Of a DNA stretch of 64,000 nt, positions 27,744 through 36,397 are shown one piece after another. Below the pieces are notes generated by a model that searched no databases, was not told the origin of the DNA, and saw only the letters and a list, made by a program, of their open reading frames with translations. Every line of letters begins with the position of its first letter. Within the stretch, counting starts at the first letter, position 1. This DNA comes from an uncultured Halieaceae bacterium (GTDB lineage Bacteria; Pseudomonadota; Gammaproteobacteria; Pseudomonadales; Halieaceae): the NCBI GenBank assembly GCA_963977655.1, contig CAXBPV010000016.1:16960-80959 (forward strand), given 5' to 3'. A program made the translations under genes and the position numbers.

Positions 27744-27891
27744 AGCATACGGACGCGGAACTTCTTGGTACTAAAAGTGTCAGAGCTGGCTTGCTCGCAA
27801 GCCAACGGCCGATGAGGCTGGCTGAACAGCTTCACGAACGTGCCTTATGGAGTTGGAACGGTGTATATCGAAGTCAAATCGAGACAGTCTC

Positions 27892-28548
27892 ATGCGCATC
27901 ATTCTGGTTGAGGATGATCACAGTCTGGCCACGGCTCTGGCTAAGGCGCTGTCAACAGAAGGCAATACCGTAGATAGCGTCAATACGGGCGAGGCTGCGC
28001 TCTTCCTCGTGGAAAATACCGACGCAGATGCGGTGATTCTCGATCTGGGGCTACCAGACATGGATGGTCTTGAGGTGCTGGCGAGACTCAAGCGCATTAA
28101 GCGGCATTTGCCCGTGATGCTACTCACCGCGCGCGACTCCCTCAACGATAAGGTGTCGGGCCTAGACAGTGGGGCTGACGACTATTTAACCAAACCCTTC
28201 GATATGCCCGAGCTCATTGCGCGACTGCGGGTCATGCAACGCCACAACAATGGGCAGTCGCAAGACACCCTGACCCATGGTGAAGTAGTCATAGACGTCA
28301 GAGCCAATACCGTACTTCGCGACGATCAGCCGGTGTCGGTCTCCTCTAAAGAGTACACCCTGCTGACAACGCTGATGGAGAATCGTGGGCGGCTCCTCTC
28401 GCGCGAGCAACTGGAAGCAAAAATCATGGGTTGGGGCGAAGAAATTACCAGCAATGCTATTGAAGTTCATATCCACAATCTTCGCAAAAAACTTGGCCGG
28501 GATTTTATAAAAACGGTTAGAGGCATCGGCTACGGAGTCGGTCTTTGA
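27892..28548 (+). CDS. OmpR/PhoB-family response regulator
   Basis: Start moved to ATG 27892 (MRIILVEDD). Receiver Asp (VILDLGLPDMDG), KPF, and a C-terminal winged helix (TVRG.GY). Confidence 0.9.
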   Translation: MRIILVEDDHSLATALAKALSTEGNTVDSVNTGEAALFLVENTDADAVILDLGLPDMDGLEVLARLKRIKRHLPVMLLTARDSLNDKVSGLDSGADDYLTKPFDMPELIARLRVMQRHNNGQSQDTLTHGEVVIDVRANTVLRDDQPVSVSSKEYTLLTTLMENRGRLLSREQLEAKIMGWGEEITSNAIEVHIHNLRKKLGRDFIKTVRGIGYGVGL

Positions 28549-29867
28549 TACTCTCGATCCGCCGGTTCCTGATTCTGGTCTCTCTGGCAGCAACCGTTGT
28601 CGTCATTTTTATAGCGTCCTTTCAGGGCTACCGCGCGGGCACCCTAGCCACACAATCACTGCTCGACCAACAGCTGGTCGAAAAAAGCCAGCTGTTGCGT
28701 TCTGAGGCAACGCTGGAAACATCGGAATCAGTCAATCAGCTTTTTCAGATTTTTGATCGCGATGGGCAACTCGTCAGAGGCTCACCGGGAGCCCCTAAAA
28801 CCCCGATAAGCAGTGGATCTGACGGGTTTATCGACGTCAGTCACGACGGCATCCTGTGGCGAACGCTATCGACCAAGACCCCCTCTGGGGAGCTCATTGT
28901 CGTGGCCGAGCGCCGGGCATTGCAGTTTGAAATTGTCGAAGAGGTGGTGACCCAAACCCTGCTACCCATTGGCATCGGCATCCCCATACTGGCGGTGCTG
29001 ATCGGTACCATTATCACCTTCGGTCTGCGTCACCTGCGACTGGTAGAGAAAGAGCTCCGCGCGAGATCCTCGCAGAACTTGCAAGCGCTGACACTCGACG
29101 CGGTGCCTCTGGAGCTCCAACCCCTGCTGGATACCACCAACTCACTGCTAGATCGGCTCGAAGCCGCCTTCGAGCGCGAACGTCGGTTTGCGGGAGATGC
29201 CGCGCACGAGCTGCGCACCCCCGTCAGTGCCTTAAAAATTGACGTCTTTAATCTCGGCAAAAAACTAGCCCCTGACGACCCAGATATCCGAGCTATCGAG
29301 CAAAACCTTGACCGCATGGGCCATATCATTGAACAACTGCTCATGCTTTATCGCGCTAGCTCCGAACAGATTAAAAGCCAATTTCAGGAAATACAGATCA
29401 ATCGTTTATGCCAGGAGGTCATCACCGACCTCTATCCGCTTATCCAGGCAAGGCAACAACAGATTTCCCTCGAGGGCGATGAAGTCGTGGTGAATGGGCA
29501 TTCCTACGCGCTGAGCGCTCTGATCAAAAATATTGTCGACAATGCGAGTAAATATTCCCCCCGGGGTGCCACGATTGAAGTGCGCATCCTAAGACAGGGT
29601 CAATCTGTCACCGTTGATGTCATCGATTCCGGCCCCGGCATCCCGGACAGACTCAAAGAACGCGTTGCGCACCGTTTTGTCCGTGGCACGGACGTCGCTC
29701 ACACCAAAATCCCCGGCTGCGGCCTGGGATTGTCTATCGTGGATCTCGTCGCAAAATTACATCAGGGGACCTGGGCATTGGCCGATGGCCCCAACGGTCT
29801 GGGCACAAAAGTGTCCCTTTCGCTTGCGCTACAAGGAAAGCCGGATGAATCGGTATCGATGGCTTAA
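28545..29867 (+). CDS. sensor histidine kinase (QseC/CusS-like, two TM helices)
   Basis: H-box HELRTPVSAL, N-box DNASKYSP, G1 DSGPGIP and G2 GCGLGLSIV. The TTG start overlaps the regulator's stop. Confidence 0.85.
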   Translation: MILSIRRFLILVSLAATVVVIFIASFQGYRAGTLATQSLLDQQLVEKSQLLRSEATLETSESVNQLFQIFDRDGQLVRGSPGAPKTPISSGSDGFIDVSHDGILWRTLSTKTPSGELIVVAERRALQFEIVEEVVTQTLLPIGIGIPILAVLIGTIITFGLRHLRLVEKELRARSSQNLQALTLDAVPLELQPLLDTTNSLLDRLEAAFERERRFAGDAAHELRTPVSALKIDVFNLGKKLAPDDPDIRAIEQNLDRMGHIIEQLLMLYRASSEQIKSQFQEIQINRLCQEVITDLYPLIQARQQQISLEGDEVVVNGHSYALSALIKNIVDNASKYSPRGATIEVRILRQGQSVTVDVIDSGPGIPDRLKERVAHRFVRGTDVAHTKIPGCGLGLSIVDLVAKLHQGTWALADGPNGLGTKVSLSLALQGKPDESVSMA

Positions 29868-30180
29868 GGCCCTGCCTCTACTCGCAACGCTGCCCCACGC
29901 CGAGGCGGCCGCCCCCACCGTTGAGTTGGAAATCATCAACCATGTGTTTCAGCCGAGTGCTTTAGAAATCCCAGCCGGTCAGAAAGTGCGGCTGTTGGTG
30001 GTCAATCGCGACCCGACGCCGGAAGAGTTCGAAAGCTACGAACTGAATCGAGAAAAAGTGATCGCCGGTCACGCCAAAGCGGTGATTTTTGTGGGGCCGC
30101 TAGCGCCTGGTGAATACCCCTTCTTTGGCGAATTCAATCCTAAAACCGCCCAGGGCGTTATCCGGGTGATAGCGCCGTGA
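29845..30180 (+). CDS. periplasmic cupredoxin-like protein (FtrB/EfeO-N-terminal-like)
   Basis: Internal ATG 29845 of track ORF 29614-30180 gives the signal peptide MNRYRWLKALPLLATLPHAEA. It is followed by a cupredoxin-fold beta-sandwich of about 90 aa (F.P..L.IPAGQ.V.L.V.N.D....EFES). Confidence 0.65.
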   Translation: MNRYRWLKALPLLATLPHAEAAAPTVELEIINHVFQPSALEIPAGQKVRLLVVNRDPTPEEFESYELNREKVIAGHAKAVIFVGPLAPGEYPFFGEFNPKTAQGVIRVIAP

Positions 30181-30971
30181 TTTTGGAGGCTGTCGTTATT
30201 GTACTGCGCGAGGTTCTCGAAGCAGCGCTGCTCATCGCCTTGCTCCTGCTCGTAAGTCATGAAACCAAAGTCGGGCTACGCTGGCTCGTTCCGGCGTTTC
30301 TGGTCGGGCTGACGGGGGCACTGCTCTACGCCTGGCAGATTGCGTGGGTGAGTGAACAATTTGATTATGCAGGCCAGGAAATACTCAATGCCCTACTGCA
30401 GGGCCTCATTTTTGCCTCAATTTGCGGGCTGTTTGTCGCGATGAGAGCAGCTGGCGTGCATCGCTCTGTCATTGCCACATGCATGGGTATCCCCATTGCG
30501 CTGGCCTTGGCAAGAGAGGTATCCGAGATTTTTCTATACCTGCAGGCTTTTCTCAGCACCGAAACAATGGCGGGGCCCGCCATGACGGGCGCGTTGATTG
30601 GCGCCGTTACCGGTATGAGCACGGGCGTGCTCATCTACCACCTGCTGGGGTGGATGGATCAACGGCAAAGGGATGTCGTTGTGCCCGTTTTGCTCGCGGT
30701 TGTGGTGGCGGGAATCCTGACGCAGGCCGTCTCGCTGCTTGAACAAGTCGATCGCATCCCCTATTCGCCACCGCTATGGGATACCAGTGGCTGGCTTCCG
30801 GAAAATTCACTGCTCGGTCAATTGCTTTATGCTTTGCTGGGCTACGAAGCCACCCCGTCTCGCTGGCACGCCATTATCTATGTCGCCTCCCTGCTGGTGC
30901 TTTTCATGTCTTACCGGCTGCCAGTCTCTACATCTCGCTCGCCTCAGATTTACGCCAGTGAAGCGTCCTAG
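30177..30971 (+). CDS. FTR1/EfeU-family metal (iron) permease
   Basis: Seven TM helices and two REXXE motifs (REVLE at residues 11-15, REVSE at about 104-108). The GTG start overlaps the cupredoxin stop (GTGA). Confidence 0.8.
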   Translation: MILEAVVIVLREVLEAALLIALLLLVSHETKVGLRWLVPAFLVGLTGALLYAWQIAWVSEQFDYAGQEILNALLQGLIFASICGLFVAMRAAGVHRSVIATCMGIPIALALAREVSEIFLYLQAFLSTETMAGPAMTGALIGAVTGMSTGVLIYHLLGWMDQRQRDVVVPVLLAVVVAGILTQAVSLLEQVDRIPYSPPLWDTSGWLPENSLLGQLLYALLGYEATPSRWHAIIYVASLLVLFMSYRLPVSTSRSPQIYASEAS

Positions 30972-31668
30972 CCTTGCCCTGACCGCCATCACGCTCGGAG
31001 CACTGACCAGCAGTCAGGTGCTAGCTGATGGGTCAGCGATCAGCCAGATCTACGCCCCCTATGTACAGCCACTCGAGCGAGAGATCGAGATGCTGTGGCT
31101 ACATGAGAATCGACCGAGTGGGCGCATCGAGTCCAATACCTTGGGCAAAGTGGGTTTCGGCACCTCATTTTTTGATGGGGTGTATACCGAATTAAGCGTG
31201 TCGACACTCGACACTGACACGAGCAAGAGCCAACAGGTTGAACTTGAGGTCATTTGGCAACTTACCGAGCAAGGGGAATACGATAGCGATTGGGGGGTCT
31301 TGTTCGAAGCCGAGACCAATCTCGACACCCACAATCACGAACTCAGCGCCGGCGTGCTGAACCAGAAAGACTGGAACGAGTTCAGCTTGATTTCCAATCT
31401 TGTGGCGAGCTACGAGTGGGGCTCCGGCTTCGACAATGAATTCGAGAGTCGCCTCGGCCTGCAAGCTCGGTATCGTCTGCGTCCCGAGTTTGAGCCAATG
31501 ATCGAGTTTTTTCAGGGTCAGGACACCACTGCTATCGGTCCCGGGGCAGCCGGCGTCATCCGTTTGAGCCCAGGCCAGCAGTTGCGCTGGGCTTTCTCAG
31601 CCCTGAAAGGCCTCAATTCAGAGCTGGATTACACGGTCAAGCTCGAATTCGAGTACGAGTTTTTCTAG
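30958..31668 (+). CDS. small outer-membrane beta-barrel protein
   Basis: GTG 30958 inside track ORF 30739-31668 gives the signal peptide VKRPSLALTAITLGALTSSQVLA/DG. Alternating amphipathic beta-strands end in the OMP-type C-terminus EFEYEFF. Confidence 0.55.
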   Translation: MKRPSLALTAITLGALTSSQVLADGSAISQIYAPYVQPLEREIEMLWLHENRPSGRIESNTLGKVGFGTSFFDGVYTELSVSTLDTDTSKSQQVELEVIWQLTEQGEYDSDWGVLFEAETNLDTHNHELSAGVLNQKDWNEFSLISNLVASYEWGSGFDNEFESRLGLQARYRLRPEFEPMIEFFQGQDTTAIGPGAAGVIRLSPGQQLRWAFSALKGLNSELDYTVKLEFEYEFF

Positions 31669-31729
31669 CCCCACTGCAAAAAAGTTCCCGTCCATCGAGG
31701 CTATTCTCGCCGCAAAAGTGCCATCTCTG

Positions 31730-31751
31730 CCTTAAGTCTTCCTTAAGTTTT
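31730..31751. repeat. tandem 11-bp direct repeat CCTTAAGT(C/T)TT x2 upstream of the T_hemolysin-like operon
   Basis: Read directly. Each unit contains the palindrome CTTAAG. The repeat lies 41-62 bp upstream of ATG 31792. Confidence 0.8.
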
Positions 31752-31791
31752 GTGGCCGATTATGAAAGCTCACAAAGAGTGAGTAACAGCC

Positions 31792-32541
31792 ATGCTGAAC
31801 CAAACCTCCTTCACGGACGAGACCTATTGGCAACATGAGAGCAACGTCTTTGCCGCCAAAAGTAAAACAAGCCAGATCTTAGGTGGCCGGCTCTACAGCA
31901 GTGCCAGTGAGGCAGTTGCAACCGTGGGCCCCCTAAATGGCGCTAAACAATGGGAGGCGCGCTATCACCAAGAGGGCTCGGCGGACCGACAAACTGTCGA
32001 GCAACTGATCCGACAGAAATTTGAGGCAGTTCACGGTGCCAAAATCGAGCATTATCTACCTCACCTATTCTCCATTCACGCTCTCGGTGGGCCCGCCGCT
32101 GGCGCCGTGGGCGTCCGCATGATGGAGAGGGAAGGCGGTCTGCTGGAGCGCTATCTGGACAAGCCGATTGAATCCATTTTGAGCGACCTGACGGGCGAAA
32201 TAATTAATCGCGATCGCATGCTAGAAGTCGGTAATTTCGCTGCCGACAACATGCAGGTGGCGGTATTGTTAATCGCCTTTTTATTCGAAGAGGCGAAAAG
32301 AAGAAACCGTTCACACGCAGTTTTTACGGGGACCTACGCGCTCCGAATGGCACTGAAAAGAGCCAAGGTGCCCTACTACACCATTCAGACCGCCGACGCC
32401 GAAAAACTCGGTACGGACAAGGGTCGCTGGGGCAACTACTACAACTGCGATCCGCAAATAATGGCCGTCGATGTGGGCGTAGGGTTCGAACAGATCCAGC
32501 GCCGATTTTGGGTGGCCCGGGAGCCATCATGCGCCAGCTAG
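31792..32541 (+). CDS. T_hemolysin-family (thermostable-hemolysin / delta-VPH-like) GNAT-fold putative acyltransferase
   Basis: 249 aa. Blocks I...F...H.A.I..YLP.L and EVGNFAA......LLIAFL are those I associate with Pfam T_hemolysin (PF12261). No signal peptide. Confidence 0.65.
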   Translation: MLNQTSFTDETYWQHESNVFAAKSKTSQILGGRLYSSASEAVATVGPLNGAKQWEARYHQEGSADRQTVEQLIRQKFEAVHGAKIEHYLPHLFSIHALGGPAAGAVGVRMMEREGGLLERYLDKPIESILSDLTGEIINRDRMLEVGNFAADNMQVAVLLIAFLFEEAKRRNRSHAVFTGTYALRMALKRAKVPYYTIQTADAEKLGTDKGRWGNYYNCDPQIMAVDVGVGFEQIQRRFWVAREPSCAS

Positions 32542-33980
32542 TCAAACGCATAGAGCAGTTCGCCAATCTCTATCCGGATCGGGAGAGCCTGGTCAGTGCA
32601 GGGGCCCAGCTTTCCTATCAGACGTTGGCGCAGCGCATTCACAGCACACGCGACGAACTCCAAGCACTGGGGGTTCAGCGACTGGGAATCTACGCCACCA
32701 ACTCACTTGATTGGGCCATACTCGATCTCGCCGCTTCTTCAGCGGACATCGTAGTAGTACCCATACCACTTTTTTTCAGTGCTCATCAGGTGGAGCATCT
32801 GATTAACAACAGTTTCGTCGACTACATTTTTACCGACAGAGACTTTCCCTATGTCTCGGGCCTTAACCTGGTATCGAAAACGCTGCAGGGTGAATATGTC
32901 CGACAGGAGATAAAAGCCCCCCAAGCACTGCCAAATTACTGCAAAGTCACTTACACCTCTGGCAGCACAGGACAGCCCAAGGGTGCCTGCCTCGGCGAGG
33001 GTACGATGATGTCGATCGTGACATCGCTATCGGAGGCATTGATCCCGAGCAGACTGGGTCGCCATCTGGCTCTACTCCCCTTTGCAACGCTGCTCGAGAA
33101 CGTCGCCGGCATTTACCTCGCGCTATGGATGGGGCGGAGCATTTTCATCGAACCGCCGGACCATCTGGGCTTGTCCTCCAACCACTCGTTTGATCCCCAA
33201 CTGTTTGCCAGGCAAATCAAAGCGTCCCGCGCGGAGAGCGTTATCTTATTGCCGCAAATGTTGAAACTCATTGTCGAAGCCGACGTGGCAGAGTCTTTGG
33301 CAGGGCTCAAATTCATGGCGGTGGGCGGAGGTAAAGTCGCGCCAGACCTTTTACTAAAAGCCCGGGCTTTGGGGTTACCGGTTTACGAGGGCTACGGGCT
33401 GACAGAGTGTGGTTCCTGTGTCGCACTTAACACGCCGCTGGCAAATCGCGTCGGTAGCGTGGGGAAACCCCTGCCCCATGCACAGGTGCGCATTGGCGGC
33501 TCTGGAGAAGTGTTTGTTACGGGAGCGGCCATGACCGGTTACCTGCAAGACGCACCTGCTTCAGCAGAAATCGCTACGGGCGATGCTGGCTTTATAGATA
33601 CCGACGGTTTCCTGCACATTACCGGCAGAATCAAAAATGTGATCATCTCAAGCTACGGGCGGAATATCTCTCCCGAATGGGTCGAGAGTTACTTTCTAGC
33701 CGACACGCGAATTCAGCAAATGGCCGTGTTCGGGGAGGCCCAGCCTCACCTCAGCGCGGTGTTCGTGGTTTCAGCCGGGCTTGACGATCTTGAACTGACA
33801 GAATTGGTCCGCAGCGTCAACGAGGCGCTCCCCGATTACGCAAAAGTCATGGCGTGGACCCGAACCTCTAAACCCTTTTCAGTTGACCAAAGCACCCTGA
33901 CCAGCAATGGCAAAATGCGCCGGGACGTCATCGCCCAAAAATATTTCGAGGCTGCCTACAAGGGTGAGGTCGCTGCATGA
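32529..33980 (+). CDS. stand-alone AMP-forming adenylating enzyme (acyl-CoA-synthetase-like)
   Basis: Core motifs TSGSTGQPKG, EGYGLTE, GDAGFIDTDGFLHITGRIKN and the terminal NGKMRR. ATG 32529 overlaps the upstream gene by 13 nt. Confidence 0.85.
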   Translation: MRQLVKRIEQFANLYPDRESLVSAGAQLSYQTLAQRIHSTRDELQALGVQRLGIYATNSLDWAILDLAASSADIVVVPIPLFFSAHQVEHLINNSFVDYIFTDRDFPYVSGLNLVSKTLQGEYVRQEIKAPQALPNYCKVTYTSGSTGQPKGACLGEGTMMSIVTSLSEALIPSRLGRHLALLPFATLLENVAGIYLALWMGRSIFIEPPDHLGLSSNHSFDPQLFARQIKASRAESVILLPQMLKLIVEADVAESLAGLKFMAVGGGKVAPDLLLKARALGLPVYEGYGLTECGSCVALNTPLANRVGSVGKPLPHAQVRIGGSGEVFVTGAAMTGYLQDAPASAEIATGDAGFIDTDGFLHITGRIKNVIISSYGRNISPEWVESYFLADTRIQQMAVFGEAQPHLSAVFVVSAGLDDLELTELVRSVNEALPDYAKVMAWTRTSKPFSVDQSTLTSNGKMRRDVIAQKYFEAAYKGEVAA

Positions 33981-34840
33981 ATCAGCGTATTGCCGACCCC
34001 ATCGCAATGCCCACGGTTGAAGCGATAAAGTCAACGCTAACAAGCAATGGCTGGATGCTTATTGAGCACACATCCCTCGACTTACAGGGCTTCAGCACTT
34101 TTTTTCAGTCTCTTTGCGACGTCCTTACTTTCGACCCTGCCAGACAATTCGCTTCGAACGTGGCGCAAACCGTTGATGCCGGAACTGCAGCAGTCGGTTT
34201 ACATATCGAAAATGGCAATACGCCCATGCCACCCGACGTGGTGGCATTTTTCAGCATGCGCAGCGCATCCAGTGGAGCGCAAACCACTGTCTGCGACGGT
34301 GCGGCGGTTTATCAGGCGCTACCCGATCCATTGAAAAACCGGCTGGCACAACCCTACTTCATGACGCGGCACCTGCCGAAAACAATCTGGCAACGCTATG
34401 TCGCAACCGCGAACGCCGTCCCCGATCCGTCGAGCGTAACAATACAACAGCTCGATGATTTTATTCGGGCCAACCCCAACCAGTCCTGTGTCATGCAAAG
34501 CGATGGCGGCATCCTCTATCAACTTCGCATCCCCGCCATTCGTGCGGATAACTTCGCCGGTATACCTGCCTACGCCAATGCCCTACTGGGACCCTCCTAC
34601 AACTATGAGCCCCCGGAGTATAAGACGCACGACGGCATACCGCTTGAGGCGGCTTTGTTTGAGGATCTCGCGGCAATCTGCGAGGAGCACACCAAAGAAA
34701 TTGCCTGGCAGGACGGAGATGTCGCTGTAATCGACAACAAGCGCTGCCTGCATGGACGCCGTGCAATCACCGTGCCCCTGAGTGAACGACAACTTGTCAT
34801 CGCCATGGGCAATCGGACGACCTCCACTGACTCGGCCTAA
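33977..34840 (+). CDS. TauD/TfdA (clavaminate-synthase-like) Fe(II)/2-oxoglutarate dioxygenase
   Basis: 287 aa. Facial-triad candidates are H-x-E in GLHIEN and a distal His in NKRCLHGRR. ATGA overlap with the adenylating-enzyme gene. Confidence 0.7.
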   Translation: MNQRIADPIAMPTVEAIKSTLTSNGWMLIEHTSLDLQGFSTFFQSLCDVLTFDPARQFASNVAQTVDAGTAAVGLHIENGNTPMPPDVVAFFSMRSASSGAQTTVCDGAAVYQALPDPLKNRLAQPYFMTRHLPKTIWQRYVATANAVPDPSSVTIQQLDDFIRANPNQSCVMQSDGGILYQLRIPAIRADNFAGIPAYANALLGPSYNYEPPEYKTHDGIPLEAALFEDLAAICEEHTKEIAWQDGDVAVIDNKRCLHGRRAITVPLSERQLVIAMGNRTTSTDSA

Positions 34841-34850
34841 GGAGATTTCA

Positions 34851-35648
34851 ATGAATCAACTCGCTGTCATCACAGGCGCAACCGGGGGTATTGGTGGGGC
34901 AATAGCAGGCGCGTTGGCTGAAGAGGGCTATGCGCTTCTCTTGACCGGCCGACAGGCAGATAAACTCTCTGCGCTACAGGCAGAATTACGAGCGCGCTAT
35001 GGTGTCGACGTCGACTCGATGACAGCGGACCTGACCCTACCTGAAGACCGCGCCGCGCTCGTTAATGCAATAGTGTCGCAATCGAGGCCTCTCAAGCTTC
35101 TCGTTAACAATGCGGGTACCAGCCACTTTGGTCTGTTTGTTGATAGCCACGATAGCGCGACGGAAGAGCTAATTCGCACCAACATCACAGCTCCCATTTG
35201 CCTTACTCAGTCAGTGTTACGTCAAGTCGGAGGAACAGGAAGCGGGCTGGAAGTGATCAACATCGGCTCCACCTTCGGCATTATCGGCTACCCCGGCTTC
35301 GCCACCTACTCCGCCACTAAATTCGCCCTCCGAGGGTTTTCCCAAGCATTGGCGCGCGAGTATGGCGATACGGATATCCGCATTCGCTACTTCGCGCCCA
35401 GGGCGACTCAAACCGGACTTAACAGCGCCGCCGTGAATGCCCTCAATGCCGAGCTGGGTGTCACAATGGATTCCACTGAGACAGTGGCGCAGGCATTCTC
35501 GCAGTTTCTTCGCAGTAACAAGCTCGTTTGCCATATTGGCTGGCCGGAACGCTTTTTTGTATGGCTAAACAAACTTTCACCCGGCACCGTGGGCTCAGCT
35601 CTGATCAAACATCTCCCTGTCATTCGGCGTCACGCGAGTTCAGCCTGA
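34851..35648 (+). CDS. short-chain dehydrogenase/reductase (SDR)
   Basis: Start moved to ATG 34851 (AAGGAG RBS). TGATGGIGGA, NNAG and YSATK motifs. Confidence 0.85.
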   Translation: MNQLAVITGATGGIGGAIAGALAEEGYALLLTGRQADKLSALQAELRARYGVDVDSMTADLTLPEDRAALVNAIVSQSRPLKLLVNNAGTSHFGLFVDSHDSATEELIRTNITAPICLTQSVLRQVGGTGSGLEVINIGSTFGIIGYPGFATYSATKFALRGFSQALAREYGDTDIRIRYFAPRATQTGLNSAAVNALNAELGVTMDSTETVAQAFSQFLRSNKLVCHIGWPERFFVWLNKLSPGTVGSALIKHLPVIRRHASSA

Positions 35649-35783
35649 ACCAACTTATCGACCCTGCGGCCAGATGCTATTATCGTTGGGAGCGGTGCGG
35701 TGACGACCTTGCCCACACAGAGCAAACCTTGGACCTCACCCGCCGATACCCAAAGCCAATGGAATGGAAGCAAGGGAGGCATC

Positions 35784-36383
35784 ATGGATACAAGCGCATG
35801 GATTACGCTCGGCGTCATCGGCATAGGAATCATCTGGGCGATTGCCATCTACAACCAACTTGTCTCTCTGTCGAACCGTTACCAGAACGGCTTCGCGCAA
35901 ATTGAGGTGCAACTAAAACGACGCTATGACCTAATCCCGAATCTTGTCGAAACGGCCAAGGGCTATCTGAGTCACGAACGGGAAACCCTAGAAGCGGTCA
36001 TTTTGGCCAGAAACGAAGCCGCCGCGGCACTCGGGAGCTTAGGGGGGGGTGATGTCACCGCCAGCGGCATTAAGACTCTGTCGGGCGCCGAGAGCGCACT
36101 GGCCGGTGCGTTGGGCAAACTCAACGTGGTGATGGAGGCCTACCCTGACCTCAAGGCCAGCGCCAATATGCAGCAGCTCAGTGAAGAGCTCACTTCAACC
36201 GAGAATCGGGTGGCATTCGCCCGTCAGGGTTTTAACGATGCGGTGATGTCATACAACACCTACCGCCAGTCTTTCCCCAACATTTTGATTGCCAACCAGT
36301 TTGGGCACAGTGAAGACGCGGAGTTACTGGAGTTCGAGGACAGCGCCGAAATTCAGGCGGCGCCCAACGTCAGCTTCTCCTGA
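35784..36383 (+). CDS. lemA: LemA-family membrane protein
   Basis: Start moved to ATG 35784 (AGGGAGG RBS). N-terminal TM helix and the LemA signature YN.LV.......N.FAQIEVQLKRRYDLIPNLVETAKGY. Confidence 0.9.
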   Translation: MDTSAWITLGVIGIGIIWAIAIYNQLVSLSNRYQNGFAQIEVQLKRRYDLIPNLVETAKGYLSHERETLEAVILARNEAAAALGSLGGGDVTASGIKTLSGAESALAGALGKLNVVMEAYPDLKASANMQQLSEELTSTENRVAFARQGFNDAVMSYNTYRQSFPNILIANQFGHSEDAELLEFEDSAEIQAAPNVSFS

Positions 36384-36397
36384 CGCGGAGCCAGGCC

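Noticed and set aside
27744-27891. Fur box or intrinsic terminator in the region upstream of the two-component/FTR1 operon, including the palindrome tggcttgc-tc-gcaagcca at 27787-27804.
   Set aside because: Nothing resembling GATAATGATAATCATTATC was seen. The palindrome has a 2-nt centre and no following T-run, so neither a Fur site nor a rho-independent terminator can be supported.
30739-30957. Upstream 73 codons of track ORF 30739-31668, taken as part of the OMP gene.
   Set aside because: This stretch lies entirely inside the FTR1 permease gene in another frame. A GTG at 30958 yields a proper signal peptide, so the upstream part is treated as non-coding in this frame.
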